Assembly: GCA_051362555.1 (NCBI GenBank)
Contig: CM120643.1
Coordinates: 21,766,848 to 21,830,847, forward strand
Source: Lingula anatina
Taxonomy: Eukaryota; Animalia; Brachiopoda
Length of the DNA stretch: 64,000 nucleotides
Direction: 5' to 3'
Below are positions 1-14,028 of the stretch, one piece after another. Position 1 is the stretch's first letter; every line of letters begins with the position of its first letter. The notes beneath the pieces are model-generated. The model had not been told where the DNA came from, made no database searches, and saw only the letters and a list, made by a program, of their open reading frames with translations. The position numbers and the translations under genes are program-made.

Positions 1-251
1 TTTTCATAGGAGACCGTACGGTACTCTTTCGGAACTCAAGGTGAAAGAAAGTACGGTAAGCCTAGTAACAATTTCATTGAACATTCGTCTGTAAAAATGC
101 TTATGTGTGTGAACTGCAAAAAAGGAGCCACTTCACTTCCAGATCGAGGTTCCTTTTGATCTCAGTGTGTGCTTTTCATGTACGCTTTCGCTTTTTATCT
201 ATTTTCTCCCCTTTTTAACAGTGCTTAACACTATTTCAATATTTCTGGCAG

Positions 252-2547
252 GCTCACTCGTTCCCTCCTCACGTAGGCTTTCCGCTTGGAGGTCCTGACG
301 ACCCACAATTTGTGAAATTAGAAGTGCATTACGATAACCCGACTCTGCGCGGTGGTAAGTACCGGTCCGGTAAATAAAAAAGCCTTTTTGGCTACTACTT
401 AAAGTAATTATTATGTTTTTGTGTTCCCTTTTTTCTTACGAAGGTATGTGCATTTAGTTTCTTTTAGATATCGTCATAAACCTCGTTTTCAAAAATTCAA
501 ACCATATGATCAAATTAGAGGGGTTTTAATGCATACATACATGCATACATGTGCTATAGAGTTACATACAAGTTATTAGCCGCAAGAAAATTAAATAAGG
601 GTCTAAAACATAAAAAAGGTCAAATGAAACGAATAATTGATAATGATTACTTTTTTACATTACGAAAGTAAATAATTCGAAAAAAATGATTGAAAATGTC
701 TAAAAATTAAGAAGATTAATTCATTCAATTTCAGATTACGTGGATTCTTCTGGTCTACGTTTTATCATGACACCACGACGTCGCCAGTATGATGCTGGTA
801 TTCTTCTGACCGGTGTTAGTATCACTCGTGGATTTTTCTTCATCCCGCCACACTTCGAGAGTTTTTATGCATCTGGACAATGCTCCTCGGCTTCTATGTC
901 AGAGGTTTGTCGTTTTTTTCTTTTTTCACCTTAGGTTGACATTTTTTCTTTTTACCCCATCATTGCCTATTTGCCCAGTCAATAATCACGATCTTACTTT
1001 GACAAACGGTAGAACTAGAGGCTTTTTTTCCATATTTCTAAATCCCGAAACGATACTGAAAGCGAAAGCACACTTAAAATGTTATTTGCTTTGACGTCAA
1101 GTTATCCTTACTTGGAGCTGATATTACTAATATAATTTTCGTAGGCGATGGCGTCCCAGCCGGATGGTATAAAGGTATTTGCTGTATGTCTCCACACACA
1201 TCTGACCGGAACTGGTGTATGGTTACGTCACATCCGGGATGGCGTTGAGTTGCCAAACATAATCGCCGATGATCACTACGACTTCAACTACCAAGGGCTG
1301 CACTATTTAAACAAAGAAGTGACAGTGCTTCCCGTTCGTATATTTTTGCTTATTTGTTTCTTTATTATTTTATATAGATGCTTCGACAATTTATTGTCCA
1401 TACAGCTACGATGATAATATAAGCTTATAGTCTATTGGAGTCTTCAAATTTTGCAAATTTTAGTTTCCGTTACTATATTTTGCGTTATTATATTAACTTG
1501 CATGTGGAGTTAACAAGATATCAAAGACTTAGAAAATCGAAGTTCTTTGCTTGAAGGTGTTAGATTTTTTTACAATGTTTACCGTGTAAAATACCCGGTA
1601 CTGACCCTTTAACATACTTCTGTTGGTTTCAGAATGACACCTTGGTTTCCACCTGTCGACACAAAACTACAGACCGCAACAACATAACATGGGTAAGTTG
1701 TCGGTTTCATTCGGATGATTGGGTTCATTTATTATCAGTAGTATTTTTCGCTTATTTTGTACTGCAATGTACTAAAACTATGGAAAAAAAATAACTGTCA
1801 TTAATTTTGCCCGGAAACCTTGTGGAAGAAAATGAAAAATGATGATGACCAAGCTTAATCCATACATTTCTACCCATTTTCTCAAAACTTAAATAGATTT
1901 TTTGCGATAAATTGTATTTTTGAATGCATATTGCAAAGTGTTTAAGGCAAATATATTATCTGAAACACAACACGACGAGCGGCATAATTGAAAGACAATC
2001 AGACACAATTAAATATTACGACGTAAGTTAAGTTTTTGATTTTTATTTATTTATTTATTGAAGGGCGGATACAAAATAAGAGAGGAGATGTGCTTCACTT
2101 TCCCACTGTATTATCCTCGGATTCCAAAGTGGCAAAATTGCGTGAGCATGCCGTCTCAGATCGACCAGATTAAGATAGTCCCTGATGTAAAGTTCACGTA
2201 AGTTTATTACAGTAGAGCTATTGTCACATAATAGAGCCATAACACGGCACCCCAACCATGGTTTAGTATTCGGCATGACAAAATTTCTCCTAAAACCTAA
2301 TTATGGCACATTCCAAGCTGCTTTATACTAGTAACTACAACTAATGAAGAACCGCTTGCGTCTTTGGCCTCTGTGCAACACACATACTTTACATGTGGTG
2401 AAGCGCGGTCTGTTACCAAGACATATGGTGCAATGGTTTAGATGTCCTATTGTATTAGACAGAATATAAACAAATGCGAGTGAAAAAAACTATGTGGTTT
2501 TTATGAAATTTTTGTCATAAAAACTGAATGTACGTTTTCTTTTTTTC

Positions 2548-2578
<31 letters not shown>

Positions 2579-3726
2579 GTCCTTTCTCTGTGAGGATACA
2601 AAAGATCCATAGACAATTTAACGCGGAACATGTACATAACTGCAATAGAAGAGTTCCGACTTCATTTTCAAGTCAATTCAATGCAATATATGCGAATGCA
2701 TCTGAACAAAGCAGAGGTCCAGTGAATCAGACCTTATTGTTACCATTGCCAGCAGTGTCACTTCAAGTTAACTGTCATTTTGTTCTTTTGAAGGCCACTT
2801 CGAAACATTTACGTCAACATATCAGAGCCAAAAGAGTTTGGTGGCGATCAGTTCCTTAATGCCATGGAAAACGGCGTGGATTGGACGAATCCTATAACAC
2901 GTGAGATGTTTCAACAAATTGCGAGAAACGCCACGCAAATAGAAATATCAAATGGAACGGTAATTTCACTTTTATATCAGGCATTATAACCATTCATGAA
3001 TTTTTCTAAGTATTTACCTGATTTTGACGCCGAATTTAAATGACCTTAAAATATGAAGCATGAGGAGTTGTTTTTTTATGGTCCAGTATGCATATTTCGA
3101 AAAATATTTTATTAGTTTAGTGAAGTAAGTCATTCGTTGTGTCTTCGGTAATACCAAAAAGAAAGGATCGAAACGCTAAACCGACAGTCTACATTTAAGT
3201 TTATTGCATGTTTTTTCACTAAAAATAGGATGCTTTTATGCATGGAAGAACAAATTACACATTGCCAAAACTTATATATTTTTATGCTGCATTTTCCAAT
3301 TTGCGTAGTCTCCTTTTCGAACTGCCAGTTACAGTTCACCTGTGGGATTCGTGCAACCTCTATATCATCATCGATATACATAAACGAATTATCAAATGGT
3401 ATTTTTAGAAAACGACAATTTGGTTTTAATTTTCTACAAAAATTAACGAAAATAACATGTTGCGCATACGTCACAATGTACGTATTAGTTCGAGCTTTGC
3501 TTATAAGCATAAAGAAATAATATTTAGTAGCCATTTATTGTGTTTTATTGTATTTCAGGTTCGAATCGTTCCAGCCTACAAGATAACCACGCCATATAAG
3601 CCACCGCAAAAGAACTGTCCTGTCACCAGTCAGACCACGAGCAGTGCACCAAGTTTCTCTTGTTTGTCGTGGATTGTACATTTAGCTTCGGCACTCCTGT
3701 TTTCATTTAAGTTTCTAGAATATTAA
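252..3726 (+). CDS. MOXD1: DBH-like copper type II ascorbate-dependent monooxygenase (MOXD1-like), 3' part; 5' exons lie upstream of the window
   Basis: Phase-consistent GT-AG exons 252-354, 735-904, 1145-1333, 1633-1692, 2064-2197, 2794-2959, 3559-3726. Translation includes FPPHVGFPLGG..LEVHYDNP, DSSGLRF..RQYDAG, VFAVCLHTHLTG (CuM HxH), DDHYDFNYQ and GGYKIREEMC (CuM Met), plus a hydrophobic GPI-signal-like C-terminus. Confidence 0.9.
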
Positions 3727-6369
3727 AAACATCACTTTTATTCTATTACTGAATTTTAAAACAGAATTTTAATGCTAAACAGCTCTCTTATCTATACCGG
3801 TACATAGAGAAAGGTTTTAAATGCGTGAAAGGGCTCTAAAATATGTTATGAAATCTCCACGTCACATGATGAACAAGAGACGACATTCAAATCCTTTACA
3901 ACTCTCGAAATTTATAAATAATTTATTACCATCCCTCTCTTTGTCATATTTAATTTCGTTTTAAAGCATCGCATGCTTTGTCAGTATTGTATTTCTATAC
4001 GGCTTTTATGTACGGATAGTGTAAATATACGATGTACTGCTGACAGTACGCAGATCACTCAGGTTGGGGCGGGGCAGAGGTCGCAAGGCAAATGAGCCCG
4101 ATCCAGACAATACACGAGTAGTCTAGAGTATTTTTTATAATGGTAGTAATTGAAAACCATGAATAGTTAAGAACGGGGACTGGTATTAAGTTAATAGGCA
4201 CGTCCTCATAATGTACGATAACTAAGCAGAGGCATGTAGAGTAGACGGGAAGAACACCGAAACTCCGTAAGAGATTGAATAGAATAGAGAGAAAATGGAG
4301 ATAGTGGGAAAAAATAAAGAGTATGAAACAAGAAAGAAGAAAGTTTTGTAATTTCTACTTTGCGTAACAACTAACACAAAAGTCAATACCATCGTCACTC
4401 TCTGCACGAGTGGTTATTTTAACGCAAAACATCGTAGTCCGTTTGTTGACATATACGGCGTCTGAAGGCAATATGTACAGATAATGATTTTTTCTGACAT
4501 TTTAAACAGTAAGACAAATGACAGTTCCGTATACTTTCTTTACAATATCTTGTGGAATACCTAATGTAATTTATGAAGTGTATTTTTGCAATTTCCTTTA
4601 ACTATTTCTTTGAAAAGGGGCAAGGGCTGGTTATGCCTTCGCGTGTTCGAGATACGTACATGTCACTCTCTTTTGTGTCCCTTGGTATGTTACATTTTTG
4701 TAGCTGATCTTTACAAAATAAAAAACATTTCGCAGTGCATAAGTTAAATGCGAACTGCATGCAAGTGCAGACTTGCTTGAGTAAGCAATTTTGTTTTCAA
4801 CTGAATTTCGATATCATTCAATTAAATTATGTTTCAAAATCATGCAGAATCTTTAAATTTTGTTTTGCCCTTTGTTCCTGAAATAAAAAGATCTGCTACA
4901 CTTATATCCACACTTTCTATTTGGCCTGATATATGTATCCCAAAAGATGAGCAACACCTCTCTCGAACGACTGAAAGGTAGTGTTTACATGATTTAACCG
5001 CCAAAAATGAATTTTCCTCGGGAGGAAAAAGCAATGTGCACTTATTAACGAATCATATCTTTACCCGTTTCTGCGCTTGGATTCGTTGATACATTCTTTT
5101 ATTTGATGGGTTTTATGTTAGACTTTAAAGTCTGAATTAAGAAAGATTAGTAGCCTTTCTAGGTATGTACTAGTAACCATCCGAAAGGTCTTTAGGAAAG
5201 AATGCCATGACCACAGGTGTGCCTCGCTCCGGCTGAGAGGGCACCTTTTCAGGCTTTACTAAAAGCACCTTCAGTGAGACATAAATAAACTATTGTGGAG
5301 ATTGTAAAAATGAAAAAAAGCAAAAGAATTTTGTTAAACATAATGACAAACTGAACTTATAAAAATCACGACAGCACAAGTAGTGCGATTTACATAGGAC
5401 CCTGTTGGAAAATGTCATTCTCTCTAAGACATAAATTAATATTAATAATTACAGAAAGAATCTAATCTGTGAGTTCCAATCAGAATATTGAGCCAGTAGC
5501 TCCATGGATTGGGTATATAAACAAACCAATATAAATGAACTATATGTCTGGAAATTTACTTTATTTACTGTGGTCATATCATGTGACCAGAGCAAAATGT
5601 AAAGAATCTGATATATTTTTCTACAGAAATGTATGTTTACAATATTCAATAAGAGCTAAATTATCACATCAATTTTAAAAATCTTATCACAGATTAGATT
5701 ACAAAATCGAACATATATTGCACTAGCCATGGACACTGTTTCATGACTGGAAGAGAGTTATGTCAGAAATTTCACTATTTCCCTATCACATCATTTGCTG
5801 TAAACAGGGTGTATGAATTAAAATTCAATTTCTCCTTTTATTTAAAAAAATAAATTTATAGGAAGTTACATGTAGCCTGAGCCTCAGAGACAACAGAGGT
5901 AGGTCTTTTCATTTTTACAATTATACCCAGGAAATGCCTGCATATTTTTCATTGTAATGAAGCATCTTCTCCATATGGAGATTAAAAAAATAAAGAACCA
6001 GGAATGTATCAGATCCCAGGCTTAAGATTGCAAAATTAAAGCAAATATTCATACATAATCTTACTAGAATCATTAATCAATAAGATATGAATGAGGTGGA
6101 TAGCGTTTTGAATTTGCTTGACAAAACTTAGCAAAATAATAGCTCAATTTATCAGGGTATAGGGCAATGACATTCTAGCCGATAAGTTTTGATTTTCATT
6201 TCTAGAAATATTCCTTATATAAATAAAATAATATAACATATTAGTCTATAGGTTGTCTAAATAAAACATAACTAATATCAAACTAGGCCAAATAATAGAT
6301 CAATTCAACAGGGGATAGGGCTATGACATTCTAGCTAATAAGTTTTGATAAATTTTTAGAAATATTCCT

Positions 6370-6377
<8 letters not shown>

Positions 6378-6430
<53 letters not shown>
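6378..6430. repeat. (TA)n microsatellite
   Basis: Direct reading of the sequence. Confidence 0.95.
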
Positions 6431-6434
<4 letters not shown>

Positions 6435-6890
6435 AAAACATTACTTATACCTAATTATGTCTCCATTGCATTAGTTATCCTTAAATATGATGGCATACAT
6501 GATGCTCAACAAATGCCCAACATATAAGGACGACTAAAGTCTTAACACTGCATAGCTAACCAAAATCTGCATAGATATTTTTTTCAATACACAGTTTTGT
6601 TTAAATGATGCCTAATTATATTTCATATTTCAGGATTCTTCAATACAGATGTACTACTAAGATGGTAAGAAGTCAGAGGTATCTTAAAATTTTTTTAACA
6701 AATTTAATATGCTGTGTTTAAAATTCTTTAAAAAAAGAGTAAAATTTTAAAGATACCAAATTTGTCCATATATGCATCCAATTCTTTGTCATCACTGATA
6801 ACTTCTTACTTGAAAGTTACATTTTGATTGTAACCTTTATAGTTAAATCCAATGTCAAATAATTATCCCAACAAATAAATGTCAAATTAA

Positions 6891-8690
6891 AACAAGGCAG
6901 CAAAGCTGTCAAATGTACAGACAAAAAGCAGGAAATAACAAAATAGGCTACTGTCAATTCTGATGCAAAAGTACATTATGTTAAACTGCAAATTCAACAT
7001 CAAATTTTAATTATGCTCAACAGGTAATACCAATGTAAGTAAAATGTGAAACAAGCATAAGGCTTCAGGCCCATGGGAGTTCAAGTTCACACTTTGAAAA
7101 TGTAAAACTTCCAGAAAAAGAAGTCAATTAGACGGCTTTTCCAACTCAGGCTGCATTTTAGTCCTGTATTTCTTTTTTGAAAGTTTGGCAATCATAAGTA
7201 ACATGGTTTTCCCATAATGGTCATCATGGCAGCAGCACCCAAAATTGTGTTTTCTTCTATTCTGATGCAATATTACATAATGGTTAACAGCATAATGACA
7301 ATCAATTTTTAATAACAAAATATATGTATCATGGATTTTCAGAAAATGTGACTAGCCTGGGTCTTCAAGCCTGTGGAACTTCAAAGTCACACCTTGAAAA
7401 TGCCAATATGTGAAAAATTAAATTTTCACAAAAAAACTTTTATCTGGCAGATTGCATTGCCTACTGAAGCTGTATTTTAGTCCCATGTTTCTTTCCTGTA
7501 AGTTTGAGAACAGTAAGTAACATGGTTTTTCTTAAAAGGTAATCATGGGAGCAGTGCCCAAAATAGGTTTTTTTTCAAATTTTGATGCAATATTACATAA
7601 TGTTTAACAGCATAATGACCATCAATTTTTAATAATAAAATATTAGTATCATGGATATTCAGAAAATGTGACTAGCAAAGGTCTTCAGGCCCATGGAACT
7701 TCAAAGTCACAACTTGAAAATGCCAAAATGTAAACAAGACAGCACTGTTCTGAAATGTTTTTTTCCCCATTTTTAACAATTTTTAACATAAAACAAAATT
7801 AACAGTTTACTGCCATTTTTATATGATCAACTAAGAAAATTGATGAGATGACAAAAGTATCAATAAAACAGTGTTAAATGTCCAATTTCTTCCATTCTGA
7901 GATTCTGAACATAGTGAATGATTGAATCTGACAAATTGCAATGATATGAGTTTATTTCCATTTTTGAAACTTTATTACACAATACACGATAACATGTTTA
8001 TCATCATTTTTACAAAATCAACTAATAATGTTGTAAAGATGCAGGAAATATCAAACAAACACTTTCACGTATCTTATTAGTTTAATAATGAGACTGTTAA
8101 CATGCCTAAAAATTGAATCTGAGGAAATGTGAAAAAACAGCATACCTTCTAAAATAATGGCACGATTATGCTGATTTACGAACTCAACCTGCATTTTAGT
8201 AAAATTGACCACTCCTGTGACTTTCATGACAATTGGCCCATCTGTTTTTCTTATATTGTGTTTACAGTGTTGCATATGTTGAAAAGTGTAAAAAAACAGC
8301 ATAACTAGTAAAATGGTGGCCCGATCATGCCGATTTTCGAACTTGACCTGCGTTTTAGTAAGATTGATTACTCCTATGAGTTTCATGACAACAGGCCTAT
8401 CGGTTTTCCTTGAAATGTGTTAACAGTGTTGCATATATGCTAAAAAGTGAAAAAACAGCATAAATTCTACAATAATGGCCCGATCATGCTGATTTTCGAA
8501 CTTGACCTGCGTTTTATGAATATTAGTCAGCTCTGTAAATATAAAGCCAAAAAGTAAAACTGTCTTCCACTTATGGTGTTAACGCTGAAAGTGCACGGCG
8601 ACGGCGACAGCGACGGCGACATGATCGGCGACGGCGACGACAGACGCAGGTGATGGCAATATGTACAGACACATCTGTGTCTGTACATAA
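6891..8690 (-). mobile_element. Helentron-associated non-autonomous element (HINE/DINE-1-like), copy A
   Basis: On the minus strand: 5' palindrome (plus-strand tatgtacagacaca-tc-tgtgtctgtacata, 8660-8689), a short CGTCGC-type microsatellite, internal degenerate tandem repeats, a 3' subTIR (plus-strand atgtacagac, 6913-6922) and a stem-loop (ggcagcaaagctgtc, 6896-6910). The same ends occur at 51334-53717. Confidence 0.75.
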
Positions 8691-8748
8691 TAAACTTATC
8701 TAGTTTATCATCTACCAAACTTGAGATGAAACAATGCCAGTTCAGACT

Positions 8749-8945
8749 TTATTCGTTGATCACATGGCCCTCCTTAGAAGCATTCAGTATGTCATCAGAT
8801 GGGGCTGTGGGAGTATTGACTAGGAGTTTGTATTTGTTTTCTTTTCTTATCTTGATAATATAAAACCTGGAAATAATAATAAAAAACAAGTAAAAGGCTT
8901 TTGTTTTAGTTCATTATTGGGGGAGATATGTATGCACAACTGCAA

Positions 8946-9011
<66 letters not shown>

Positions 9012-11982
9012 TGCCAAATTGATTAATGTTAATGAAATAAAATTAATAACTGATTTTGTGGGCCCTTCACTGCACACTAAAATCGGTGCATATAAGTAAG
9101 CTCAGCAACTGTCCTAGAGAACTAAACATGATAACATTTTAGCCAATAGTCAGTAAAAATAAATGAGAGAGAGAGAGAGAGAGAGAATTTGCCAAAATGA
9201 TTAATATTAATGAAATAAAATTAATAATCAACATTTATTATCTACTTGGAACACTTTCATCAAAAGTCAACATTAATAATGAAATGACATTTTGAATGGA
9301 ACATTACTGTATGTTTGCATTTTTCCATCAGAAGCAGAATGATACTTACAAAAATGGGACCATAGCAATCACATAAAACCCAGCCATCACCAAGAAAACC
9401 ATTCCCTGGAATAAACTCAGTGTGGCAGTGTATATGTTGGTGAATGTGGCCTGCCCTGCTCCATATGCCAGACTCTCCACTGCTGCTACTGTAGAAAATA
9501 AAGCACCTGAAAAAAAAAGAGATGAAAGATTTGTGAAAACTTTGCTGTAAAGGGGGTTGAATTACTTTGAGCAGATCGGTAATTCTGGCAAATTGTCTCT
9601 TAAACACACAGTGACACACAACATTTTTAATAATAGTGCATGGAGGAACTACATATCTTGGCTTAAATTTATGTTCTAAATGTGCCCCAAACAGAATACA
9701 TAGATGCTGAGCTTACTTATGTCCTGATTTGGTGGGCCTTTCACTGCACACTAAAATCGGTGCATATAAGTAAGCTCAGCAACTGTCCTAGAGAGACTAA
9801 TAACATTTTAGCCAATAGTCAGTAAAAATAAATGTGTTTAAGTTCCTTTGATGCAGGGTCATAATGCCATGCCACATAAAGGTAGAAAACACCTTTAGTC
9901 TCTTCAGAAGTAAATTGCTAGTAGTTTTATCACCATTACCCAAAAGACAATGAAAAACCTATTATACCAGTATTTTACTATATTTTGTCTTAGTATGATA
10001 TTGTTTATTTACTAGTAAGGCTCTTGACATCACCCTGAGTTTCAGAAGACACTGGAAATCCACCTCTCTACTGTAAGCATGCCTCTGCCATTGCCAGCCA
10101 CAGTGAGTGCACTGCTGATACATGCAGCAGAGAGGAGAGTTTTTGGTGTCCTCTTAAAATCAAGGTTACTCACAGGTGAAGATCGTAAAAACTGAAAATC
10201 CTGAAAAAATAGCTTGCAACACTGGATTTAGATCATATGAAAAACTATCAAAATGAAGACTGAAAATCCTGAAATCAAGCACAACTTTCACCCATGGGGT
10301 AACTGAGTACAAAACAACAAAGAGGAAGCTTATGATGATGAATAAATAGGTCACATTACCTTGCTCATCTTTGTGGCCCAGTTTGGATGCCATAGCACGT
10401 AGGAAGGTAAAAGGATCAAAGCTCAGGCCTACAACTATAACTAATAGAAAACAATCTAACATTAAAAATCGGTTATACCATAAACTATCATTCTTATTTT
10501 TTCAGGTAATTCATAAAACTTGCTGTTTTTTAAAATATAATATATGTATATGGCCTTTATATATATATTTAAGAATTAAATTATTAATTATAATTTTAAA
10601 CAATACTATTAGTGTAATAAACAGTGTTCTGTAAGAAAATGATATAATATTAAAATATATCTTATTCAGTCAGCATAAATTATGTCATGTATTCATAAGT
10701 GGCAAATAAACTGCACAGCAATGTTACCCTCTGTGACATCTGTCACCTCTCTGTGACCTCCCTCCATCATTACTGATAATAACATAAATTTGCTAGGGGG
10801 AGTAATGATGTATGGGGTGGGGGCATAAAGAGTGTAAACCCTGCCATACTTACCAAGATACATCAACAGATCTGTTGTAGCAAATGCCTCAAATACCCAT
10901 GATGCAATGCCCATCACTATAACAACCACTGCTAGTAGATCATCATCAAACCATCGATTGAATATTTTGGTGAGAATCATTTGTGCTAGCAAACTTGCAG
11001 TAAAGCGTCCGGCAAGAAAGAAACCAATTTTGACTGAAGTCCAGCATAACGGGGCATTTAGTTGAAATAGTGTTTGGACATCGTACACGGCTATACAAGG
11101 AAGACCTATAATAAAAGTGCACAGCATTAGCAACCTGATCTTCCACAGTCTATGGCTTCCATTGTCTACTACAAACAGCCTGAAGATCTTCTGAAAATTT
11201 TCACAGCTTAAAAATTTTGCATCTTCACTTCGTTGAATGGTCTCCTTCAAAAGACACACATAAATTATATTAATAAGCTGCAGTCCAGCTGCTATCAAAA
11301 TAGGGTACATAAACCCTGTGGTTTCGATGAGGTAGCCGAGGCCAAGCTGAGTCAAGCTGTATGTCACACCAATCAACCCTTCCAGCACCGCAATACGAAA
11401 TGTCAGCACTTTTATTGAGGATATATCTGCAGTGTACGCAAAAATCCCAAGATAATTTGTGGCAATGCTTCCAAAGAGTGCTTCCACAGCACAAGCAATG
11501 GCTATAAAATACAAATCAAGTTGAAAGAAGATGACAACTCCAACAATAACATAGTTGATCAAGAGGCCTATGCATGGCATAAGTATGGGGATTTTTCGGC
11601 CTCCTCTGTCACTATAACTCCCATATAATAAAGATAATGGAACAGTAATTATTGCTTTAGGTACTGTAATATATAAAACCCAACTTGATGACTCTCCCTC
11701 AACTTTCTCTCGCAAATCATACAATGGATCACTGGTGTTATCCTTCATGCATTGGGACTGTGACTTCTGGCACGAATGCTGCGTGTCGTTATCTCCACAT
11801 GGGAGACCATACTGGCGAGCCAATGCAGAATACACATACTGATCAGTTAAAGGGCTGTAGGCAGATGATGATATCACATACAAAAAAAGAACACCTGAAA
11901 TTGCGATAAAAAGACGCGCAGAGTTCTCCTTCATTTCATTGCCTTCAGGCTTGTCTTCACCACTGATCGCTGCATTTTCCAT
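8749..11982 (-). CDS. SLC46-family MFS transporter (PCFT/SLC46A3-like), paralogue A
   Basis: Exons 11982-10854, 10440-10360, 9506-9350, 8866-8749 are in phase. Motifs: YGSYSDRGGRK, AYTADIS..RIAVLE, PLCWTSVKIG, LRAMASK..DEQGALF. The tail contains ENKYKLL. Confidence 0.92.
8947..9007. repeat. compound (GT)n(GA)n microsatellite
   Basis: Direct reading of the sequence. Confidence 0.95.
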
Positions 11983-12914
11983 TTTATCCCAGAAGCTCTA
12001 TGTGCTGATGAGGCAAATCTACCTTTACTGTTCTTCTCAATTCTTGTGTCAAGATCTCTCCTACAAAGAAAAAATAAACAAAATAAATTATCTTGTGATT
12101 CGTGTGTTAGTGTTTGTACAGCCAATAAATATCAGAAACCATTGACAGGAGTGCAAATTAGATGAAATCCGTGCTACAAAAAACATCATATTAAAACAGC
12201 CACTGGTAGCTAGGCCAACAGAAGAAAAAACTTAAGTACATGGCATGATCAAGCTATACAGACAAAGACAACATATTACAATATCTGCCCACACCAGTAA
12301 ACGTGCTGCCAATATACCAGTATGTACATGTACATGTACCTGTAGAGTACGTACCAGTAGGGAATGTAAAGAATGCAAATGGGAATTCTAGAGACTAAAA
12401 CAGGTTGATTGTAGACGCTATACCTTAGTATATATGAAACTACTGTCTAAGGTGAGACCCATGATCGGCGCAGTGCAGTTGGTCTGTAAAATATTTAACA
12501 AGAGATTGAATACCCTGCAGGCTGTAAAGAGTTTACCTATATTTTTAAAAAAGTCTGTCCTCATTTCAGTTACTTGTTCCGTCTGTGTATCACAGTGTGC
12601 CAGTAGTAGTACCAGTACAGCTACCTAGGTACACGCACATCGACATTCCGACACCGATCAACATTTAATTGACACAAAGACCTGCCTTTTCCTTTCGACA
12701 TTCCAAGACCAAGTGCTTGATTCACATTTTTGTTCACGTTAAGTTAATTAATATCTATTTTTCAAATACAGACCTTCTGTGCGTCGTTGGTTTGCAAGGT
12801 TAGCTCATTTTACCCCACACAAAACACACATTTAGCTGTATTCCAAACTGCAGGGCCCAAGATCACGCGGTAGAGATAAACAACAAACCCATCAGACTGA
12901 CCTACTTCACTTAC

Positions 12915-13147
12915 GTTATAAATAACTAACCGGAAGTTTCTTGTGAGTTTCATAAGTAGCTCATCTTGGCACTTTTCCCTTCTTCCGGTTTCAGAAAGTT
13001 TCTCAGAGTTTTACTTTTCAACAGCAGGTTGTGACTCACTTTGCGTATTTGACTTGTGCATCGTGCACGTGACAGTGCCAGGATGATTTACAAGGCTGTC
13101 TAACCCACAGGATGCATTAAACTCGGGGGGGAACGAACAAGAGAGAA
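12915..13147. promoter_or_regulatory. Putative bidirectional promoter and first non-coding exons of the two SLC46 paralogues
   Basis: Outward-facing GTAAGT donors (minus strand at 12914, plus strand at 13148) match acceptors at 12061-12062 (-) and 13995-13996 (+). The interval holds ETS-type CCGGAAGT (12930) and CTTCCGG (12982), TGACTCA (13032) and GCACGTGAC (13065). Confidence 0.5.
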
Positions 13148-14028
13148 GTAAGTGGTGTGACTTGAATCAAACATTCACGCTGTCATTTGGCAAGGGGTCA
13201 GGTGCAGTCTCTCGAGCGTGACTGTAAATATTGGTTTCATAGGAGGTGGGCTCAGTGATCCAAGGTTATCCTTATTTAGTTGGGCAACTTGATTTGACTT
13301 AAATCATTATTGAAGAAAAGTTGTGCAGCCCTTTTTAAAATACTCAGTCCTAGTACTACAATGTACATTGGTAGTCTACCTTTGAGATGGCTGTACGTGA
13401 CTTGCACTTTTTTTTCGCAGTAGATAATTTTTAGAGCATCCTCATTAAGATTCAAGTGCAACCCATAAGGTTCAAGTGGAAGGGAAGCTTTACGTGGGCC
13501 GTTCCGATATAATTACATGTATTGTATCTGTTATCTTCAATAATATGCCACCCTTAAATACTGTACAGTACATGTAGCTTACTTATTATAGTTGACTTAA
13601 TTATGGAGTAAACTAACTTATATGGAGTTTATCAGATCAGCTGCAGGTGGTTGGAGAGTAGGGTGTGGTCTGTGGTAGACAGGTTTTCCCTTTTTAAAAG
13701 CAAGATTGTTTTAATTCCAACACTTAACCTCCCCAAAACAGCATTTTACAGGATAAAAAAAGGCACTCAGTGACCACATAATTTTGTTTTATAATACTTA
13801 AATAATTTTCTTGGTGGGAAGAATGGACAAATAAATGAAGTTTAAAATTTCTATCCTTTCTCCACCCCACCCCCCTCCTTTATTCTATTAACCTGGGTTC
13901 ACAAAAAGTAGAAAGGCAACTCCAGTTATATGAAGTTGCCCATTGTTGTTAGCAGTTCAATTTTAATTGACATAAACTATAATTTGTGTTTTACAGGAAG
14001 GTATCACACATATTGACAGCTGTACAGA

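Noticed and set aside
10-55. AG..GT-bounded segment at the window start as a MOXD1 exon
   Set aside because: No frame resembles the expected upstream monooxygenase sequence (WAVGG-type motif), and its end phase cannot be tied to the next exon.
6150-6375. Duplication of about 70 bp (atagggc.atgacattctagc..ataagttttgat..agaaatattccttatata)
   Set aside because: Ordinary local tandem duplication next to a (TA)n tract, with no further structure.
10693-10853. C-terminal extension of the 429-aa ORF
   Set aside because: Read-through past a GTAAGT donor; the SLC46 sequence continues in downstream exons. The same applies to the ends of ORFs 14029-15144 and 1148-1414.
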